A stretch of 64,000 nt of DNA from Candidatus Multivoradales bacterium (GCA_965223325.1 CBDCWI010000002.1:352001-416000), one strand, 5' to 3'. Counted from the stretch's first letter, positions 1 through 10,604 are shown. Notes: generated by a model not told the origin, from the sequence alone. A program made the numbers and translations.

Positions 1-3000
1 ATTCCGAGTTCGCCGGGGTCCTGGATCCCATCACCGTCGGCGTCGAAGAAGACAGTGTCGCCCAGCGCGCTACCAACAGTTGGGGCATATCCGAAGTCGG
101 CCGTGTCGTCGTCGGTCCCGGCGGCGAGGGCAACCATGGGCGACGCCGGTCCGGTGCCGGGAGTGGCGCCGAACCCGGCCGGCAAGGTGCTCTCGTCCGG
201 GTCGACGAAGTAGTTTCCGGGCGCGAGTCCACTGAACAGGTAGGAGCCCGCGAGGTCTGTCGTCGTCGTCTCGAGCAGCGTATCGCCTGCACCCCGCAGG
301 CCGTCACCGTTGCTGTCCTCCCAGAGTTCGACGACCACGCCGGACAGGCCATTCTCAGCACCGCTCATCACGCCGTCTCGGTTGGCGTCGAACCACACCG
401 TGTCACCAATCGTGCCGCGCTCCTGGGTGCGGTTGTAGCCGAAGTCGACATCACCGACGTTCGTTGCACCGAGGGCGACGGGAAGCGCGTCGAGGCCGCT
501 GGTGAGTTGAGCGTCAGCCAGTACATCGTCGTCGTCGGTGACCACGACACGGTAGTTGCCGGCGGCCAGATCCCGAAACGCGTACGCACCGCTCGCATCC
601 GAGATGGTGGTCGCCAGCACGTTGCCGCTCATGTCTTCGAGAGCGAGGGTGACTCCCGCGATTCCTGGCTCACCGGCACCGTCGTTGACACCGTCGCGAT
701 CACGATCGTCGAAGATCGTGCCCGAAACATCGGCCAGAACAGCATTCTGAAAGCCGAAGTCCGCGTCGAGGTAGCCGGCAAGCACCGAGATCAGAGTGGC
801 CTCGATCTGGATACCCGGCGCGTTGGCGCCCAGCTCCTGATCGGCGGTCGTCGCGGTGTAACCGGTGAGTGCCGCCTGGGACCCATCGATGCTCGCAAAG
901 TAGGTACCGGCGGCCAGCGACTCGAAGCGGTAGTACCCGGCACCATCGGTCACGGTCGACAGGAGCGGCGTGTCGAGGAGCATGTCGAACACTCCGTTGG
1001 CATCGGCGTCGCGCCACAAGTTGACCGTGACGTTGGCAATGCCGACCTCATCGGGATCAAGGACACCGTCAGCATCGACGTCGCTCCACACCATGTCACC
1101 GATGGCACCCGGCACGTTGTAGCCGAAGCTCGCGCCACTCAGGTTTCCGGTTGTCACCGAAAGCGGAAGTCTCGAGTTGAGCGCCGCGGTTGTCGTGCCG
1201 GTGAGGCCAAGAAGCTGTGCATGAACGTCGGTGACCTGAAGCACATAGCTTCCCGGAGCCAGGCCGGTGAAGGTGAAGAAGCCCGAACCATCGGAGACCG
1301 TCGATGCGACAACGTCACCGTGACTGTCGAGCAAGCTGAATGTCACACCTTCGAGACCGCGCTCGCCGATGTCGACGAAAGTATCGGCGTTGGCATCGAA
1401 CCACACCCGGTCGGTGATCGACCGCGTCGCCGCGCTGTCGTAGCCGAAGTCGGCATCCAGATGAGCGTCACCTGCCTCGACGACGATCGGAGCGCTCTGG
1501 TCGGTTCCAGGTGATTGCGGCCCCGAGGTGACTGAGTAGCCCGAGAGAACCTGCCCAGCCGAGAAGTTCGAAGCGGCCACCTCGACGGAATAGCTGCCGG
1601 GAACCACATCGTCGAACAGATAGAAGCCGTCGGCAGCGGTGGTGGTGGTTAAGACGACCGTACCGGCCTCGTTGAGGAGTTGGACGGTCACACCGCCGAG
1701 GCCAGCTTCGCTCGGGTCCTGGAGCCCGTCGGCATCGGCGTCGCTCCAGATCCGGTCGCCAATGACCGCGCGGGTGGTACTGGTGTTCGTGTAGCCGAAG
1801 TCGAGATCGAGGAAGGTCTCATTCGCCGTCACCGTGCGCACAGAGCTCGGATCGGAACCGCCAGCGGTGAGCGAAAGGGCGCCGGGTACGGTTGCGTCCG
1901 TCACGTCAACGAAGTAGACGCCGGGCGAGAGAGCGGAGAACCGGTAGCTGCCGTTGATGTCGGTCGTCGCCAGTCCGACGACAGTGTCGTCGCCGCCTCC
2001 GGGTTGTCCATCTCCTCCGGGGTCGGTCAATAGAACCGTAACGTTTGCGAGACCAGGCTCGCCGACATCCTGGGAACCGTCTCCGTCGACGTCGTGCCAC
2101 ACTCGATCGCCGATGATTCCACCGCGGCTGACGCGGTCGATCGTCATCGCAAAGATCGGCTCGATGGTTTCGCGACTCGACGCACCGGCGCGGTTGGTGA
2201 TCTGACTAACAGCGCTCGACAGTGGATCGTCAACGACCACCTGAAACGTGAGACTGAGGGACTCTCCCGAGAGCAGATAGACGTCGGGTCCCGGTGGAAC
2301 CATCAGCGCCGGCGCCTGTGCACCGACCGTTCGAAGGGCTCGCGAGGTGACATCGATCGTGATCGAGTCGGCGTAGAAGTCATCACTGCCGTTGTTGGCG
2401 AGGCCAGACGACAAGAGGCGCAAGAGGTTGTCCGCTGGGTTGGAGTCGAGATAGGTGGCCGGATCGAGCGCGATGCTGAAGTTTTGATAGGCGGAATCGG
2501 TCGCCGGTCCGGCGAATCGCGTCAACTCGGTCCAGCTCGAACCACCGTTGTACGAGATGTCGAGCGTGACGTAGTCGGAAGCACCATCAAAGCCGGCCCG
2601 ACGGTAATCGAGACTGATGGTTGCGGCCGTGCTGCCGGTGAGGTCGAAACCGCGCTGGGCACCCCTCCCGCTCTTCTGGATACCAAGGCTCAGGTCGCCC
2701 GAATCGGTGAGTACCTGAACGTCCCCTCCAGACGGCGATCCATCGTCGTTGATTTCTGACCAGGCGTTCGGACTCCAGTCGAGCGTCCCGTCCGACCCGT
2801 TGTATCCCGGATCCGGATAGGTCGCCGTGAACTCGTCGCGATAGTCGCCGGTGCCGACGATCATTCCGCTCAGCTGGGCGCTTCCTGGCACGTAGGTCGT
2901 ACCGTTGGGCAGCGGATCGGAGATCGAAACCTCGGTGACCGGAAGGGCACCGGAATTGAGCACGGTCACGTTGTAGTTGATCACGCTACCGGGATTGACC

Positions 3001-6000
3001 GGCCCGCCGCCGGCGCTCGATGATTTGGTGATCGAAAGCTGAGAACTGGCGCCGACCTGATAGCCAAAGTCGATGGTGTAGTCGACGCTACCGCTAGCGA
3101 TGCTCACCGACCCCACGTGGTCGCAGACGGTGCAGCCGGCGCCCTCGTCCGGGTCGTAGAAGAGCACCACGCTCGCCGGCAGCGAAGCAGTGACCACCGC
3201 AACGGTGTAGTTGCCGTCGGCGATATCTCCGAAGGCATAAAACCCCTCGCTGTCGGTGGTCGTCGATGCAACAACGGAGAGCGAGGCATCGACCAGGTTG
3301 AGCTGTACGTTGGCCAGACCGAGCTCCGACGAAACGCTGTAGAGGCCATCACCGTTGCTGTCGAGCCAGACGGCATTGCCGATCGACCCTGGCGCCTGGA
3401 AACCGAAATCGGCAAAGTTGACGAGCTGTCCGGCCCGCAACTCGACCGCCAGGACGCCGTCGCACACCGTACAAGGGCCGGTTTCGGTCGGGTCGCCAAC
3501 CAGCGTCGAACTCGGGAGGTCCGGGTCGGAACTGTCGACCCGAACGATGTAGTCGTCGGGAACCAAACCACGGAACCAGTACTCGCCCTGGGCATCGGTC
3601 GTCGTCGTGCCCCGCAGCACGTCGGTGCCGGGGGTGTACAGGCTGTCGCCGTTTGTGTCCTGGTAGAGCCAGACGGTGACGTTGGCGATTCCAATCTCGT
3701 AGAGATCGTACAGCGCGTCGCGATCGTCGTCGCGCCAAACGCTGTTGCCGATCGTGCCGGGCGGTGCGAAACCAAACTCGAGATCCGCGCGTGTTTCGCC
3801 GGCAGTGAGGGCCACCTGTTCTGGATCGTTCTGGGTGCTCAGAATGTAACGATTGCCATTGGAATCGTTGGGGAGGTCGGTATCTGAAGTGTCGATGTCG
3901 ACGACGTAGTTACCGCCCGGCAGGCTGTCGAAGCGGAAGCCGCCGGCGCCGTCACTCGAGAGGCTGCCGATCAAAGCGTCCTCGGCATCGACTGCTCCGT
4001 TGCCGTTGTCGTCTTCATAGAGTGAGACCTTGATGCCGCCGAGTGAAGCTTCTTCGGCATCGTAGATCGCGTCGCGGTCGGCGTCGGTCCACACGACACC
4101 CGCGATGGTTCCGCTGCCTGTAGGCAGGTAGCCGAAGTCCATCGTTAGCACCGAGTCGCTTCCATCGACGCTGGCACTGCCCTGGGCATCGCAGGTATTG
4201 CAAGCAATCGGTTCATCGGGGTCAGAACTCTGGAGATAGCCATCGGGCAGGTCCGGGTCGCCCTCATCAACGACCACGACGTAGCTACCAGCCACAAGGC
4301 CGGTAAACAGATAGGCGCCGCTCGAGTTGGTGCTCGTCGAGGCGACGAGACCATCCGCGCTCTCGATGACACCGTCGCCGTCTTCGTCCTCGTAGAGAAG
4401 CATCGATACATTGGCGATCCCCTCCTCGCCAGAATCGACCTGGCCGTCCCCGTCCCAGTCTGTCCAGAGCAGATCGCCGATCGTCGACGAGCCGCTCTCC
4501 TGGTACCCGAAGTCGTAGCTTCCCTTGACCTGGCCGCCGGCGACCGCCACGGAGATGGTGGTCATATGGTCGAGAGTTGCATCCGGATCGCCGGTCTGGT
4601 TCCAGGTACCGCCGGCAGGCAGTGTCGCGCTGATGATCGAGACCACGTAGCTTCCATTTGCCAGATCGCTGAACAGGTATTGACCTGCCGAATCGGTGTT
4701 GAGGCTGACTGTTGGGCCGTCGTCTCCATCGCCACAGATCGTGTTTGCGCCGCAGTCCTTCAGATCGACCTGGACGGAGTCCAGGCCCGGCTCGCCGGTC
4801 TCCTGGACGCCGTCGCCGTCCAGGTCACGCCAGACCGTTCCGAAGATCGTGTTGGGAAGCGTGTAGCCGAAGTCGAGAACAGCGTCATCGTTGCTTGCTA
4901 GACCGTCCGCATTGGCGAGTGGCGCACCGCCTCTGTCGTCGCAGACGCCGCAGACTCCCACGAAATCTGGATCGCCGGTCTGGGTAAAGGTGCTCCCGGG
5001 CAACGTCGCAGGAAGAACCAACGCCACGTAGCTCCCGTCTGCGAGACCATCGAACCGGTAGGTGCCGTCGGCCTCGGTCTGCTGAGACACGAGCCGCACA
5101 CCGTCGCTCGGGTTGCCATCGTTGTTGGGGTCGCTCCACAGTTCGACCGTGACTCCCGGAACACCCGGCTCGGCACCGTCTCTGATCCCGTTGCCCGGCG
5201 TGCCTCCTCCCGAGCCGTCGTCAGAGAAGACGGTTCCCGAGATCGTGCCTCGTGGTGCGACATCGACTGTGTCACTGGCAGTGACATCGGCGATAGCGAA
5301 CCCGTCCAGGTACTGCGCACCGTTCGTAGCGGCGGTGTTGGTCGTGGTCGCGACATCGTTCTCGCCGTCGCCGTCGTTGTCAGGAGGTTCGAGGGCCAGA
5401 AAGGTTGCCGTGACCGAGGCGGTTTCCCGAGAATCGAGCGGACCGAGATCATTCCAGGCAAGAACGCCGGTATTGGCGTACGGTGTCGTCGTAAAGCTCA
5501 GGGAGTTGGCCGGTGGATCCGACCACTGGAATTGCAGTTGATCGGCATCGAACGTGTCGACCAGAGGAAGCGGCGAGAGCGTTCCGCCAGAAAGGGCCTT
5601 CGAGCACTCCTCGAGAGTGATGCGGATTCCGATGGCGTCGATATACAGCGTGACGCCGTCGTTCCCGCCCACTGAGGCCGGGTAGTAGCGGATCTTGCTG
5701 TACCTTCCGTTGTTGGAACTGATCCTGTGAAAGGAGAGTGACGTGACATCGGTCACGATCGTGCCGGCATTGCCCACGCCGATGTGGTTGTTGAGGGTCG
5801 CAGAGTCGATGGTGATGAGGTTGGAACCATCGGTCAGCCCTATGTTCAACACATCGTTGCTGACCGCTGAGTCGATATAGAAGTGGATGAACGTCTCGAT
5901 CTTGAGGAAGTTGTGGGGCAGATATCCCACCGCCCATTGAGGGTTCGCGTAGGTCGCCGAGCCGAAGGGGGCTGGTTCGTAGCTTCCGTCGAGTGCCGCC

Positions 6001-8879
6001 AGGGTGGCCGGGGGGGAGCCTGAGACGACGCCCGGGTAGGGGGGCCAGTTGTCCCTGATGAGGTGTTCCATGGACCATGTTTCGACCTGGCAGGGACCAC
6101 CGAGAGCGCGACGCTCGACGAAGTCTCTAGCGTTCTGTCGAGCGTTACTCCATGAACCGGCGAGGTTCGTCTCCGATCGTTTGACGCTTGGGAGTTCGTT
6201 GCCTGGCAACGCCGGAGAGATGGTGGTCGCTATGCCTCCTACCGGGGAGGATGTAGTCTTTTCGGCGATCTCGGCCGAGGGCGAAACAGCGTGCACCAAA
6301 GGCTCGAGAGTGGTTCCAGCGGCAGCGTCGAAGGTCGTCGCGCGCCTCGCGCCGCCGCTCAGGCAGCCCTGCTTCGTTACCCGCACTCCGATCGCGTCGA
6401 GCTGTGGATTGGCATCGTCGGAGCTCCCAGCGGTCACCATGACTGCCGAAACATAGAAGTTCGGATCGGAGAGAGCCGCCCAGTCCCATGTCTGAAGCGC
6501 GGTCACGTCACAGATCATCAATGTGTCTTGGTGATGCGACGAACTTGGCATGGAGGTCCAGGAGTTCGGAGTTGGACATGCCGACGTCGCAACGCCGTCC
6601 TCTGAGTAGACGAAATGAAAGGTATCGTTGCTCAGAGTGCTGACCTTGGTGACCCTCATGACGAGCTGCACGTTCTCGATTGTTCCCGTGCCACCAGTCC
6701 AGTCGAACCCGGTTCCCCGATACTCGCCGGCCCACAATGAGCTGACGCCAGCGGAGAAGCCGTCAGGCGGCCCCAGGCCGTCGGCAGGCGAGAGATCAAA
6801 GGTGGTGTTCGCCGCGTCATAGCTCTCGGCCCACCGCGTCATCACGCAGGAATCTGCGGGAGCCACGTAGGACGTGCCGCTCCTGTTGTTGGTGACATCG
6901 ATTTCAAAGGTGACCAGCTCGCCTTCTGCAGCCGGGTCGCTACTGGTCAGACTCTTGGTGATCACCAGACCAGCCTGGAAGCCAAAATCGGCGGCAGCGT
7001 AGGGGCTGGTGGTCACGCCTCCGAGATCGGTCACAGCAAGCGCGGTTCTGGTGGTCGGAGCGTAGCCATCTGGGAGGTCGGGATCGGCGCGATCGACGAC
7101 CGCGATGTAGTCCCCATCGGGGAGGTTGGCGAAGCTGTAGGCGCCGGAACCGTTCGTGACCGCACTGGTGATCAAGAGATCGCTGGAGTCTAAGGACCCG
7201 TCGCCATTGGCGTCCCAGTAGAGCTCGACCAGAATCGACGCGATGCCAGTCTCAGCGGCGTCGACGCTCTTGTCGCCATCGGCATCGTGCCAGACCACAT
7301 CGCCGATCGAGTTGCTGCCGGTCACCAGGCTCACGGTGCTGTCGCGAGCGAAGGGTGGAGCTTCTCCGAAGCCGAGCTCGGCCTCGTTATCGATGAACGG
7401 CAGGCCACTGAATGGCGAGTCGACCTGAACCTCGAACGACGGCGTGACACTGCCTGACGCCGGTAGCGGATCCCTGAGCCACCACCGCAGATCGGTCACC
7501 GTCGCCGGATCACCCGGCTCGGTCGCAGTCCATGTGAGACGCCCATCGGTCGAGTAGAGAATCAGAGCGGGCGTGTTGGGCGTGTACCCGAGTGTGATCT
7601 GAGCGCTGGCCGCAACGTACGTCGTGTTGGCTGGAATGCTGTCGGTGACGACCAGGGGCACTCCGAGGGCCGGATCACCCGCCGGAGTGACGGCATCGTT
7701 GTCGACCTGAATCGAGTACAGAAGAGTGCCACCAGGAGCGACCGACACCAGGTTGACGGACTTCTCGAGCGTGATCTCGGGAGCGTAGGTCCCGATCTTC
7801 GGCAGACTGATGCCGTAGTCGCCGGTGAACTTCTCGTTGTCAGCCCCAGACGCGACTTCCTGGTAGGGCGACATTCCGATGCTGCAGCCGCCGCGTAGCG
7901 CCAGAAACTCATAGTGCACCTCGCCTCGGCCGCCGGTGTTGTCGGGCGGAAGGTCAGTGAAATAGAGCTGGTCCTCGAAGTTGATCACCAGGTCTGGATC
8001 GCCGCCGCTGCGTTTGATGGTCAAGGTGCCATAGGTGCGCACGAGGCGAAAGCAGGTTGGGTCATGCGCAGGATCTCCCACCGGCTGCAGCCAAGCGTTG
8101 TAGTCGTACTCGAGGTCGCCGTCGTTATCGAAGCCCTTGTTGATGTTGCCGAGGTCGTAGTTGATGCCGTTGGTGGTGACCAGGGTTCCCACGGCGACGG
8201 TGTCGGTGGCAACGTTGAACCACTGGCCGTCCTGAGGGTAGATCTTGTTGGCATTGGCGGAGATCTCATTGCGCATCGTGGCGCGTTGGCTGGCCACGAG
8301 GGGAGCCGGGCTCTCGGCCGAGGTTCCCCAGACGTCGTATTCCAGCCACAGATCGTCATCAGGGTCGCTGGCGACACCCCACACGGCCGGCCCGGTGTTG
8401 TTGGGGTTGCCGCGCCGGGGGTAGGTCACCTGCCAGTACTGGGAGACACACTCGGCGGGGGAGAGGATGTCGAGGTAGCGGCCTGCATCGGACACCGCGC
8501 CGAGGTGGGTGAGCGCGTAAAGGCCACTGTTGGCCAGGTGAGGATGCTCCGCTTGAAAGGCGGCGGCGCTACTGTCGCGGGCGGGATAGACGCCAGGCGA
8601 GAGGGCCGTTGAATCACCGATAAAGCCCTGCACGTCACTTAGCGGCGCGTCGCCATCGTTACAGAACCTGGCCATGACCGTGGCCACCGCAGGCGCGTAG
8701 GTCGAGGGCGAGGTGACGTTCGAGTCGACGACGAAGTTGTAGCCAGCGACGATCTCGATCGAGAGGTCACCGGCCGCGACGAGGGCGCTCGGGGCGAGGT
8801 GAAAGACACCGAGGAGCAGCAGACCGATCCACACTGTACGACAAGGAGCGGTCTCAAGAGGCGGTCTGGGCGGAGGCAT
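1..8879 (-). CDS. Giant secreted repeat adhesin (SdrD B-like and DUF11-like domains), >2959 aa, C-terminus outside window
   Basis: Manual translation from ATG at 8879 gives a signal-like N-terminus (VWIGLLLLGVFHLAPSALVA). The same frame at several checked points and at the left edge gives repeats such as GDTVFFDADGDGIQDPGELG, IGDRVWHDVDGDG and IGNAVWLDSNGDG (about 14 copies, about 345-nt spacing where tandem) plus DUF11-like starts (LSITKSS, LVITKSL, ITLEKSV). The ORF track lists no terminated ORF in this frame, consistent with one open frame. Confidence 0.9.
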   Translation of the reverse strand, partial: MPPPRPPLETAPCRTVWIGLLLLGVFHLAPSALVAAGDLSIEIVAGYNFVVDSNVTSPSTYAPAVATVMARFCNDGDAPLSDVQGFIGDSTALSPGVYPARDSSAAAFQAEHPHLANSGLYALTHLGAVSDAGRYLDILSPAECVSQYWQVTYPRRGNPNNTGPAVWGVASDPDDDLWLEYDVWGTSAESPAPLVASQRATMRNEISANANKIYPQDGQWFNVATDTVAVGTLVTTNGINYDLGNINKGFDNDGDLEYDYNAWLQPVGDPAHDPTCFRLVRTYGTLTIKRSGGDPDLVINFEDQLYFTDLPPDNTGGRGEVHYEFLALRGGCSIGMSPYQEVASGADNEKFTGDYGISLPKIGTYAPEITLEKSVNLVSVAPGGTLLYSIQVDNDAVTPAGDPALGVPLVVTDSIPANTTYVAASAQITLGYTPNTPALILYSTDGRLTWTATEPGDPATVTDLRWWLRDPLPASGSVTPSFEVQVDSPFSGLPFIDNEAELGFGEAPPFARDSTVSLVTGSNSIGDVVWHDADGDKSVDAAETGIASILVELYWDANGDGSLDSSDLLITSAVTNGSGAYSFANLPDGDYIAVVDRADPDLPDGYAPTTRTALAVTDLGGVTTSPYAAADFGFQAGLVITKSLTSSDPAAEGELVTFEIDVTNNRSGTSYVAPADSCVMTRWAESYDAANTTFDLSPADGLGPPDGFSAGVSSLWAGEYRGTGFDWTGGTGTIENVQLVMRVTKVSTLSNDTFHFVYSEDGVATSACPTPNSWTSMPSSSHHQDTLMICDVTALQTWDWAALSDPNFYVSAVMVTAGSSDDANPQLDAIGVRVTKQGCLSGGARRATTFDAAAGTTLEPLVHAVSPSAEIAEKTTSSPVGGIATTISPALPGNELPSVKRSETNLAGSWSNARQNARDFVERRALGGPCQVETWSMEHLIRDNWPPYPGVVSGSPPATLAALDGSYEPAPFGSATYANPQWAVGYLPHNFLKIETFIHFYIDSAVSNDVLNIGLTDGSNLITIDSATLNNHIGVGNAGTIVTDVTSLSFHRISSNNGRYSKIRYYPASVGGNDGVTLYIDAIGIRITLEECSKALSGGTLSPLPLVDTFDADQLQFQWSDPPANSLSFTTTPYANTGVLAWNDLGPLDSRETASVTATFLALEPPDNDGDGENDVATTTNTAATNGAQYLDGFAIADVTASDTVDVAPRGTISGTVFSDDGSGGGTPGNGIRDGAEPGVPGVTVELWSDPNNDGNPSDGVRLVSQQTEADGTYRFDGLADGSYVALVLPATLPGSTFTQTGDPDFVGVCGVCDDRGGAPLANADGLASNDDAVLDFGYTLPNTIFGTVWRDLDGDGVQETGEPGLDSVQVDLKDCGANTICGDGDDGPTVSLNTDSAGQYLFSDLANGSYVVSIISATLPAGGTWNQTGDPDATLDHMTTISVAVAGGQVKGSYDFGYQESGSSTIGDLLWTDWDGDGQVDSGEEGIANVSMLLYEDEDGDGVIESADGLVASTSTNSSGAYLFTGLVAGSYVVVVDEGDPDLPDGYLQSSDPDEPIACNTCDAQGSASVDGSDSVLTMDFGYLPTGSGTIAGVVWTDADRDAIYDAEEASLGGIKVSLYEDDNGNGAVDAEDALIGSLSSDGAGGFRFDSLPGGNYVVDIDTSDTDLPNDSNGNRYILSTQNDPEQVALTAGETRADLEFGFAPPGTIGNSVWRDDDRDALYDLYEIGIANVTVWLYQDTNGDSLYTPGTDVLRGTTTTDAQGEYWFRGLVPDDYIVRVDSSDPDLPSSTLVGDPTETGPCTVCDGVLAVELRAGQLVNFADFGFQAPGSIGNAVWLDSNGDGLYSVSSELGLANVQLNLVDASLSVVASTTTDSEGFYAFGDIADGNYTVAVVTASLPASVVLFYDPDEGAGCTVCDHVGSVSIASGSVDYTIDFGYQVGASSQLSITKSSSAGGGPVNPGSVINYNVTVLNSGALPVTEVSISDPLPNGTTYVPGSAQLSGMIVGTGDYRDEFTATYPDPGYNGSDGTLDWSPNAWSEINDDGSPSGGDVQVLTDSGDLSLGIQKSGRGAQRGFDLTGSTAATISLDYRRAGFDGASDYVTLDISYNGGSSWTELTRFAGPATDSAYQNFSIALDPATYLDSNPADNLLRLLSSGLANNGSDDFYADSITIDVTSRALRTVGAQAPALMVPPGPDVYLLSGESLSLTFQVVVDDPLSSAVSQITNRAGASSRETIEPIFAMTIDRVSRGGIIGDRVWHDVDGDGSQDVGEPGLANVTVLLTDPGGDGQPGGGDDTVVGLATTDINGSYRFSALSPGVYFVDVTDATVPGALSLTAGGSDPSSVRTVTANETFLDLDFGYTNTSTTRAVIGDRIWSDADADGLQDPSEAGLGGVTVQLLNEAGTVVLTTTTAADGFYLFDDVVPGSYSVEVAASNFSAGQVLSGYSVTSGPQSPGTDQSAPIVVEAGDAHLDADFGYDSAATRSITDRVWFDANADTFVDIGERGLEGVTFSLLDSHGDVVASTVSDGSGFFTFTGLAPGSYVLQVTDVHAQLLGLTGTTTAALNSRLPLSVTTGNLSGASFGYNVPGAIGDMVWSDVDADGVLDPDEVGIANVTVNLWRDADANGVFDMLLDTPLLSTVTDGAGYYRFESLAAGTYFASIDGSQAALTGYTATTADQELGANAPGIQIEATLISVLAGYLDADFGFQNAVLADVSGTIFDDRDRDGVNDGAGEPGIAGVTLALEDMSGNVLATTISDASGAYAFRDLAAGNYRVVVTDDDDVLADAQLTSGLDALPVALGATNVGDVDFGYNRTQERGTIGDTVWFDANRDGVMSGAENGLSGVVVELWEDSNGDGLRGAGDTLLETTTTDLAGSYLFSGLAPGNYFVDPDESTLPAGFGATPGTGPASPMVALAAGTDDDTADFGYAPTVGSALGDTVFFDADGDGIQDPGELG

Positions 8880-8914
8880 GATCGTTGGACGGCAGAAGAA
8901 CGAATCAGAACGGA

Positions 8915-8980
8915 TAGTCAAACAGCAAGTATAAATATTATAACGCAAATAACGGAGAAAACCACTTTCAATAAGCAAGA
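8915..8980. promoter_or_regulatory. AT-rich divergent promoter region (adhesin / lipoprotein)
   Basis: Marked AT-rich patch (aagtataaatattataacgcaaataac) in GC-rich DNA between divergent genes; promoter elements not mapped. Confidence 0.4.
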
Positions 8981-9042
8981 AAGTCGCCCTGGGGGCCCCT
9001 TCAAAAACAGACCCCGAGCCGGTCTGTCTCCCATCCTGCATC

Positions 9043-9070
9043 GCGTCCGATAAGATAGATTATGTCAACC
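9043..9070 (+). other. dif: dif-like XerC/XerD recombination site
   Basis: GCGTCCGATAA-GATAGA-TTATGTCAACC: 11-6-11 layout with the conserved ATAA-N6-TTATGTNAA core of E. coli dif (GGTGCGCATAA-TGTATA-TTATGTTAAAT); intergenic. Confidence 0.82.
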
Positions 9071-9190
9071 TATCAATGAGAGCCGGTCTCAAGTAACGAA
9101 TCGTCTCCAGTTCGGAAAGGTCCACCTGAAGCCGCCGAAAGCAAAACCTGCTCGACCGCGGAACCCAAACCTGACCTCTTGGAGATGACC

Positions 9191-9709
9191 ATGAACCGCA
9201 AGACCCTCACCCTCGCCCTGACGCTTCTTCTCGCAGCTTCCCTGACCGCCTGTTCAGGCGGTGGCGGCGGCGCCGACTCGCCAACCGCTCCGACCGCGGC
9301 ACCAGTACTCAACGTGCACGGCACCTGGCAGGGCTACTACGGTGGCCGAATCGTGACCCTGACCATGAGCCAGGCCGCCAACAGCCGCAACATCAGCGGC
9401 AGCGTTGACTCCCGCTACTACCTCACCGGTTCGACGGGACTCACCGGGACCACCAACTACCGTGGTCGTGACAACGGTACGGTCGACTGGGAAGCGACCC
9501 TTTCCTGCGGCTCCTGGAGTGGCCACCTCGAAATGAACGGAAGCCGCACCCGCATCTACGGAAACGCCTTGTACCGCGAGTGCGGGAGCACCGTCGTCAA
9601 GACTGGCATGATGGACCTGGTGAAGGTTTCTGAAAGCGCGTCGACCACGAGCGGTGGCAGCGCCGACACGGTCGGCAAGTTCGAGGACGCCGACAGCTTC
9701 TTCGAGTGA
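9191..9709 (+). CDS. Hypothetical lipoprotein (172 aa)
   Basis: GGAG RBS at 9181; MNRKTLTLALTLLLAASLTA-C lipobox, Gly/Pro linker, beta-rich body. Confidence 0.85.
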   Translation: MNRKTLTLALTLLLAASLTACSGGGGGADSPTAPTAAPVLNVHGTWQGYYGGRIVTLTMSQAANSRNISGSVDSRYYLTGSTGLTGTTNYRGRDNGTVDWEATLSCGSWSGHLEMNGSRTRIYGNALYRECGSTVVKTGMMDLVKVSESASTTSGGSADTVGKFEDADSFFE

Positions 9710-9734
9710 AGCGCAACCAGGAAGGGGCCCTTAC

Positions 9735-10604
9735 CTAGGCCTCTTCCAGCTCTCGGAGCTCACTCAGGATCTGCTCCAGCGCCCCGATGAGATCCTGACG
9801 ATCGACCTCTTCTTGACGAAACGTCAGGGAGAGGTCGAAGCGCTTGTCGGGGGCCTTGAACTTGAAGACGTAGGGCTTCGGCCGCGCTGGCTTACCCTTG
9901 TCGCTGTCCTTCTTGACCGCCCGGCGCACGTCCTTACGGCTCAGGCCGAGGCTCGAGATGCGCTCGAGCAGTAGGATCATCTCGTCCTCGTCATCGAGTT
10001 TCATGACCTCGAGGAGAACCGTCTTGGAGTCGATGCCCAGCGCGTCGACCGCCGAGCGGACCCGCTTGGGCATCTTGAGAAGGCTCAAGCTCTCGGTCAC
10101 CGAAACCCGTGACTTCCCCACCGACCTCGACACTTCTTCATGAGTGTAGTCGTGCTGGGTGGCCAGCGCTCGATAACCCTCGGCCTCTTCGAACGGGGTC
10201 AGGTCTTTGCGCTGCAGGTTCTCGATGAGCGCGATCTCGAGCGCCTCGCTCTCCGAGATGTCCATCTCGATCGCCGGGATTTCGTAGAGGCCCGCTTCCA
10301 TCGCGGCACGGTAGCGGCGCTCGCCAGAGATGATGCGGTAGCCGGTACCGTCTTCGCGGGAACGCACCAGAATCGGCTCGAGAACCCCCTTCTCGCGCAC
10401 CGACGACACCAGGTCCTGAAGGTCGCCCAGCTGAACTCGCGGCTGGTTCGGATCAGGTTCGATGGCCGAAAGCGCAATCATGCGACCGACGGGAGCTTCG
10501 CTGCGACCAACGAGTTCGTCGACGAAGTGTGCCTCATGGCGCATGCGCACTTTCGACGGTAGGCCTCTCTTCTTCGAACTGCGGCTGGTAGCGGGTTCAG
10601 ACAC
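9735..10604 (-). CDS. parB: ParB/Spo0J-family partition protein
   Basis: PDPNQPR, GVLEPILVR, CTP-binding GERRYRA, ENLQRKDL, HTH region THEEVSRSVGKSR. GTG start at 10604 overlaps the parA stop. Confidence 0.93.
   Translation of the reverse strand: MSEPATSRSSKKRGLPSKVRMRHEAHFVDELVGRSEAPVGRMIALSAIEPDPNQPRVQLGDLQDLVSSVREKGVLEPILVRSREDGTGYRIISGERRYRAAMEAGLYEIPAIEMDISESEALEIALIENLQRKDLTPFEEAEGYRALATQHDYTHEEVSRSVGKSRVSVTESLSLLKMPKRVRSAVDALGIDSKTVLLEVMKLDDEDEMILLLERISSLGLSRKDVRRAVKKDSDKGKPARPKPYVFKFKAPDKRFDLSLTFRQEEVDRQDLIGALEQILSELRELEEA

Noticed and set aside
1-5300. About 345-bp periodicity with recurring gtagccgaagtc-like strings, superficially array-like
   Set aside because: These encode the DFGY ends of SdrD-B protein repeats; they are degenerate and in frame, not CRISPR repeats.
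368-8857. Many short and medium ORFs in the track across the adhesin region
   Set aside because: Shadow or antisense frames of the single large minus-strand CDS; no recognisable motifs.
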